Positions 61,091-64,000 of a stretch of DNA of 64,000 nt are shown piece by piece. Under the pieces are notes generated by a model, which saw only the letters and a list, made by a program, of their open reading frames with translations, ran no database searches and was not told the DNA's origin. This DNA comes from Mobula hypostoma (lineage: Eukaryota), in contig NC_086097.1 of assembly GCF_963921235.1 (NCBI RefSeq), positions 31,250,001-31,314,000 of the forward strand. Direction: 5' to 3'. The translations under genes were made by a program, and so were the position numbers. Numbering within the stretch: position 1 is the first letter of the stretch; the number at the start of each line of letters is the position of its first letter.

Positions 61091-64000
61091 AGACAGTTTA
61101 ATGATTTCAAATTTTCTGTGCAAGAAAAATTAAATCCAAACTGATTTCAAACTTTGCTCAAATGGTGGCATTTGTACTTCAAAATGAACAGTTTTGCAAC
61201 CTTGCACAGTTGATGGACATTGGGGGAACCTTTCTTGCGTCTAGTGCGGACTGTGAGCGAGGTTTTAGCCTAATGAATCAATTCTAAAACAAGCTGAGAA
61301 ACCGTTTAGGTGAAAGTCATTTGGATATGTTAATGAGAATCAAAAGCTATCAATTGGATGGAAGTTCTATTAGTCTAGATAGAGTTTACAAAGAATGGGT
61401 AAATGCCAAAGACAGGAGAGAGAGAAAATAACTGAGTGACTTAAATATGTATGTTATTTTCTTGTTATTCTGTGCAGTTTTATGTCAAATATTTTGTAAA
61501 CCTACATAAAATGTGCCATGTGTGCATTCAGTGTGCACATACTTTTGTCACAGGAAAAATATTTGCACAACTTAAGATTTTTGTGCACAATGACTACTAA
61601 AAATTAGAGGGAACATTGGCTGAGACCCCAGAATAAGCTTGGTTTTTGTCCCTTACTTTTCCAGTCTTGATGAAGGGTCTCAGACCAAAATGGACAGTTT
61701 ATTCCCATTCATAGATGCTGCCTGACCTGCTGACTTCGTCCAGCATTTTGCATGCTGCGTCAAATTAAACTAATCCTTTCTGCCTAATCCATATACCCCT
61801 CCTATTAAAAGACGTATTTCCTTTATGAAAGCTCTGCAAAACACCTTAATCCAAAGTCTTGCACAGTCAAGTAGGCACTAAGCACAGAATTTAATGAAGT
61901 TTAAGTCACAGTTGTATATATGAGGCAGCCAATATGTTCTACATAAACAAATCTCAGAGAGGTGCAAGACCAGCGGGAGATTTTAACTAAAAGGAGATTA
62001 TTACTTTCCTGGGATTGCATTAACGCACAGGGTCTGGAAGCAGCAAAATTTCTTCAGTATGTCAAAGATTAGAAACCCACACAACTGTCCATTAGCATGT
62101 GCTTGTCCAAAGGGATAACGAAAGTCGGTATAATTATTTACAGCAGCACCGGCTGCAAGGATACAGGCTTTTGTTAAGGCAAAAAGTTCCGACTACTTGA
62201 GCAGAACGGGATGGAAAGTAGCTGTACCACCTCAGCCGTTAGATGACGTGCACACACTGCATATCCACTAAAAATATCCTCTATTTCCCTTCCAGTATCA
62301 GATGGGAGGAAAAGCAGAAGAAAATTTACATGTGGACTTACATCAAATGACGTTTTACAATTAAAATTTAAATCGCACAAGTTTTTAAGTATAGTTCAGG
62401 AATGAATTAATTAAAATTAACTGCGTAGTCTATAGTGCTGGTGGCAATAGAGGCAGAAACTTATCAAAGTTGCTTTGGCCCGAGGGCAGTAGCCAGACTG
62501 CCCACAAACAAAAATATACCCCTCGCAGACATTCCCCATGTTTACCCCTACCATGTTCACCATCCCATCTCATGTTTATTGGATCAAACAAGTGTAAAGC
62601 CCATACATTTAGAATTATCTGAACAACTACGCTGTTCAAAATAAATATCGCCAGTCAAAAAAGGGTCATATGAATCATATGTATATAAAGCAGGTAAAGT
62701 TAAAACTGAAGTTTCCAGTGAAACGTTAAGAAGTTAATCTGGTAATGATTAGCCAAAATTTAGTCGCTGTCAATTTGGTTAAATATAAAATGAAGCTATG
62801 TTTAAAAAATATTCAAATTGTATAGGGCAGCTATAGCAATCTTTTTAAAGCACCGTACAATATTATAAATAAGAGAAAGTCTGCAGATACTGGAAATCCA
62901 AAGCAATACACACACACACATACACAAAATGCTGCAGGAACTCAGCAGGTCAGGCACCAGCTATGGAAATGCATAAACAGGCAATATTTCAGGCTGAGAG
63001 CCTTCTCCAGGACTGAGATGGGGGAAAACGGCAGAATAAAAAGGTGGGGGGAGGGGAAGGAGGCTAGTTGGAAACTGATAAGTGAAGCCAGGTGGGTAGG
63101 AAAGGTAAAGGACTGGAGAGGAAGGAATCTGATGGGAGAGGACAGTGGACCATAGGAGAAAGGGAAGGAGAAGGTGTCTGGGGTGGGGGGGGTGATAAAC
63201 AGGTCAGAGTAGAGAATAGGGTTTCGGGGGGGGGGGTGGAGGAATATTGCCCAGAAACTTTTGTGGCGCAGCCCAGGAAGTCTCACACAAGTTTTGTCCT
63301 CATTCCCTTTAACAGTTTTAATTCTTTGAAGTTGGAATTACTTTTGGCAATGTTGTAAAACACTCACAATTTTACTCATCTCACACAAGAACAGTAGATA
63401 TTTTCCTTTAACCTAGGTTGCAACGTTTTACAATAGCATTTATTAAGATGGGCGTTAACACTTCTAGAGCTGATCCAGAATACTTTTGAAAACATTTACG
63501 CACGCGTTTTATGTATTCATTACATCATTGTCTTTTGTATTTTAAGCCAATCTAAGTGCAAGGGAAATACTTCCTTCAAGCTCCTACTGGATCAGTTCAA
63601 GGTATATTTAAATCAACATTTCACTCCTCCCCTGCCTCCCATGTCCTGCAGTGCGATTGGAAACCATCAGTCATGGCAGGGCAATGGCTGACACTGGTCT
63701 CGCCAAGTACTCAAAAGGTGCCACTTGGCATGCATCTTGTTGAAACCGTGCCTGACTGCAGCATCTAGCTCACACTTAGATTCTAGTGCCAATTGTTTCT
63801 TTTCGTACACTGAGGTTTCATACATTATCATCCTTTGCATGTTCCTTCTGTCTTTTCCTTTTTAAATTTTGCTCACTTTCGTTGCTTTTTAAAAAAAACA
63901 GGATTCATCTAACTGCTGTTTGCATTTCACATCTACATTGAACAACCACAGGCTACCCTACAGTCTTCTCAAATTTCACGCTACCATTCATGCACACACA

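Larger units (their letters stand above)
57748..61431 (+). pseudogene. hAT transposase remnant: N-terminal zinc finger joined to C-terminal dimerisation domain (split by the PLE at 58295-61104)
   Basis: ICLYCRDAK...WKLDFLKHHLARKSH (TTF-type Zn-finger-like), and after removing the PLE ...LAQLMDIGGTFLASSADCERGFSLMNQF*NKLRNRLGESHLDMLMRIK (hATC motif). The catalytic core is absent. Confidence 0.85.
57395..61618 (+). mobile_element. hAT DNA transposon (Tip100/Arthur-like), internally deleted, interrupted by a PLE
   Basis: TIRs catagttccctctaa (57395-57409) and ttagagggaacattg (61604-61618), 13/15 match. Perfect 8-bp TSD gctgagac at 57387-57394 and 61619-61626. Transposase remnants inside. Confidence 0.95.

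Overview
Repeat-dense eukaryotic DNA, inferred to be intronic or intergenic sequence of a cartilaginous fish (probably a ray) from its mix of V-SINE/HE1-like SINEs, CR1, Rex/Babar, L1, Tc1, pogo, hAT and Penelope-like elements (PLEs). I recognise no host protein-coding exon with confidence. The long ORFs I could assign are all transposon-derived, and the rest look like antisense or chance frames. Main content: (1) Three long minus-strand PLE copies (RT, Cys linker, GIY-YIG) at about 11.2-13.4, 15.1-18.4 and 58.3-61.1 kb. The second is a frameshift-free ~935-codon frame broken only by two TGA codons. (2) Each PLE 3' end carries a minimal type I hammerhead ribozyme motif followed by a conserved hairpin, and this terminus recurs about 20 times, mostly decayed. 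(3) Several termini form short tail-out palindromic insertions with 9-16 bp target-site duplications (TSDs). (4) A nest in which a PLE terminus was hit by an internally deleted hAT (TIRs, 8-bp TSD), itself hit by a PLE (14-bp TSD). (5) A nest of Tc1 > CR1 > (Rex/Babar + probable solo LTR). (6) A 4.2-kb L1 holding an inverted foreign L1 fragment with a 49-bp duplication, a twin-primed L1, a composite Tc1-type MITE, and a local ~360-bp duplication sitting inside a CR1. Family names come from motif recognition, not database searches.
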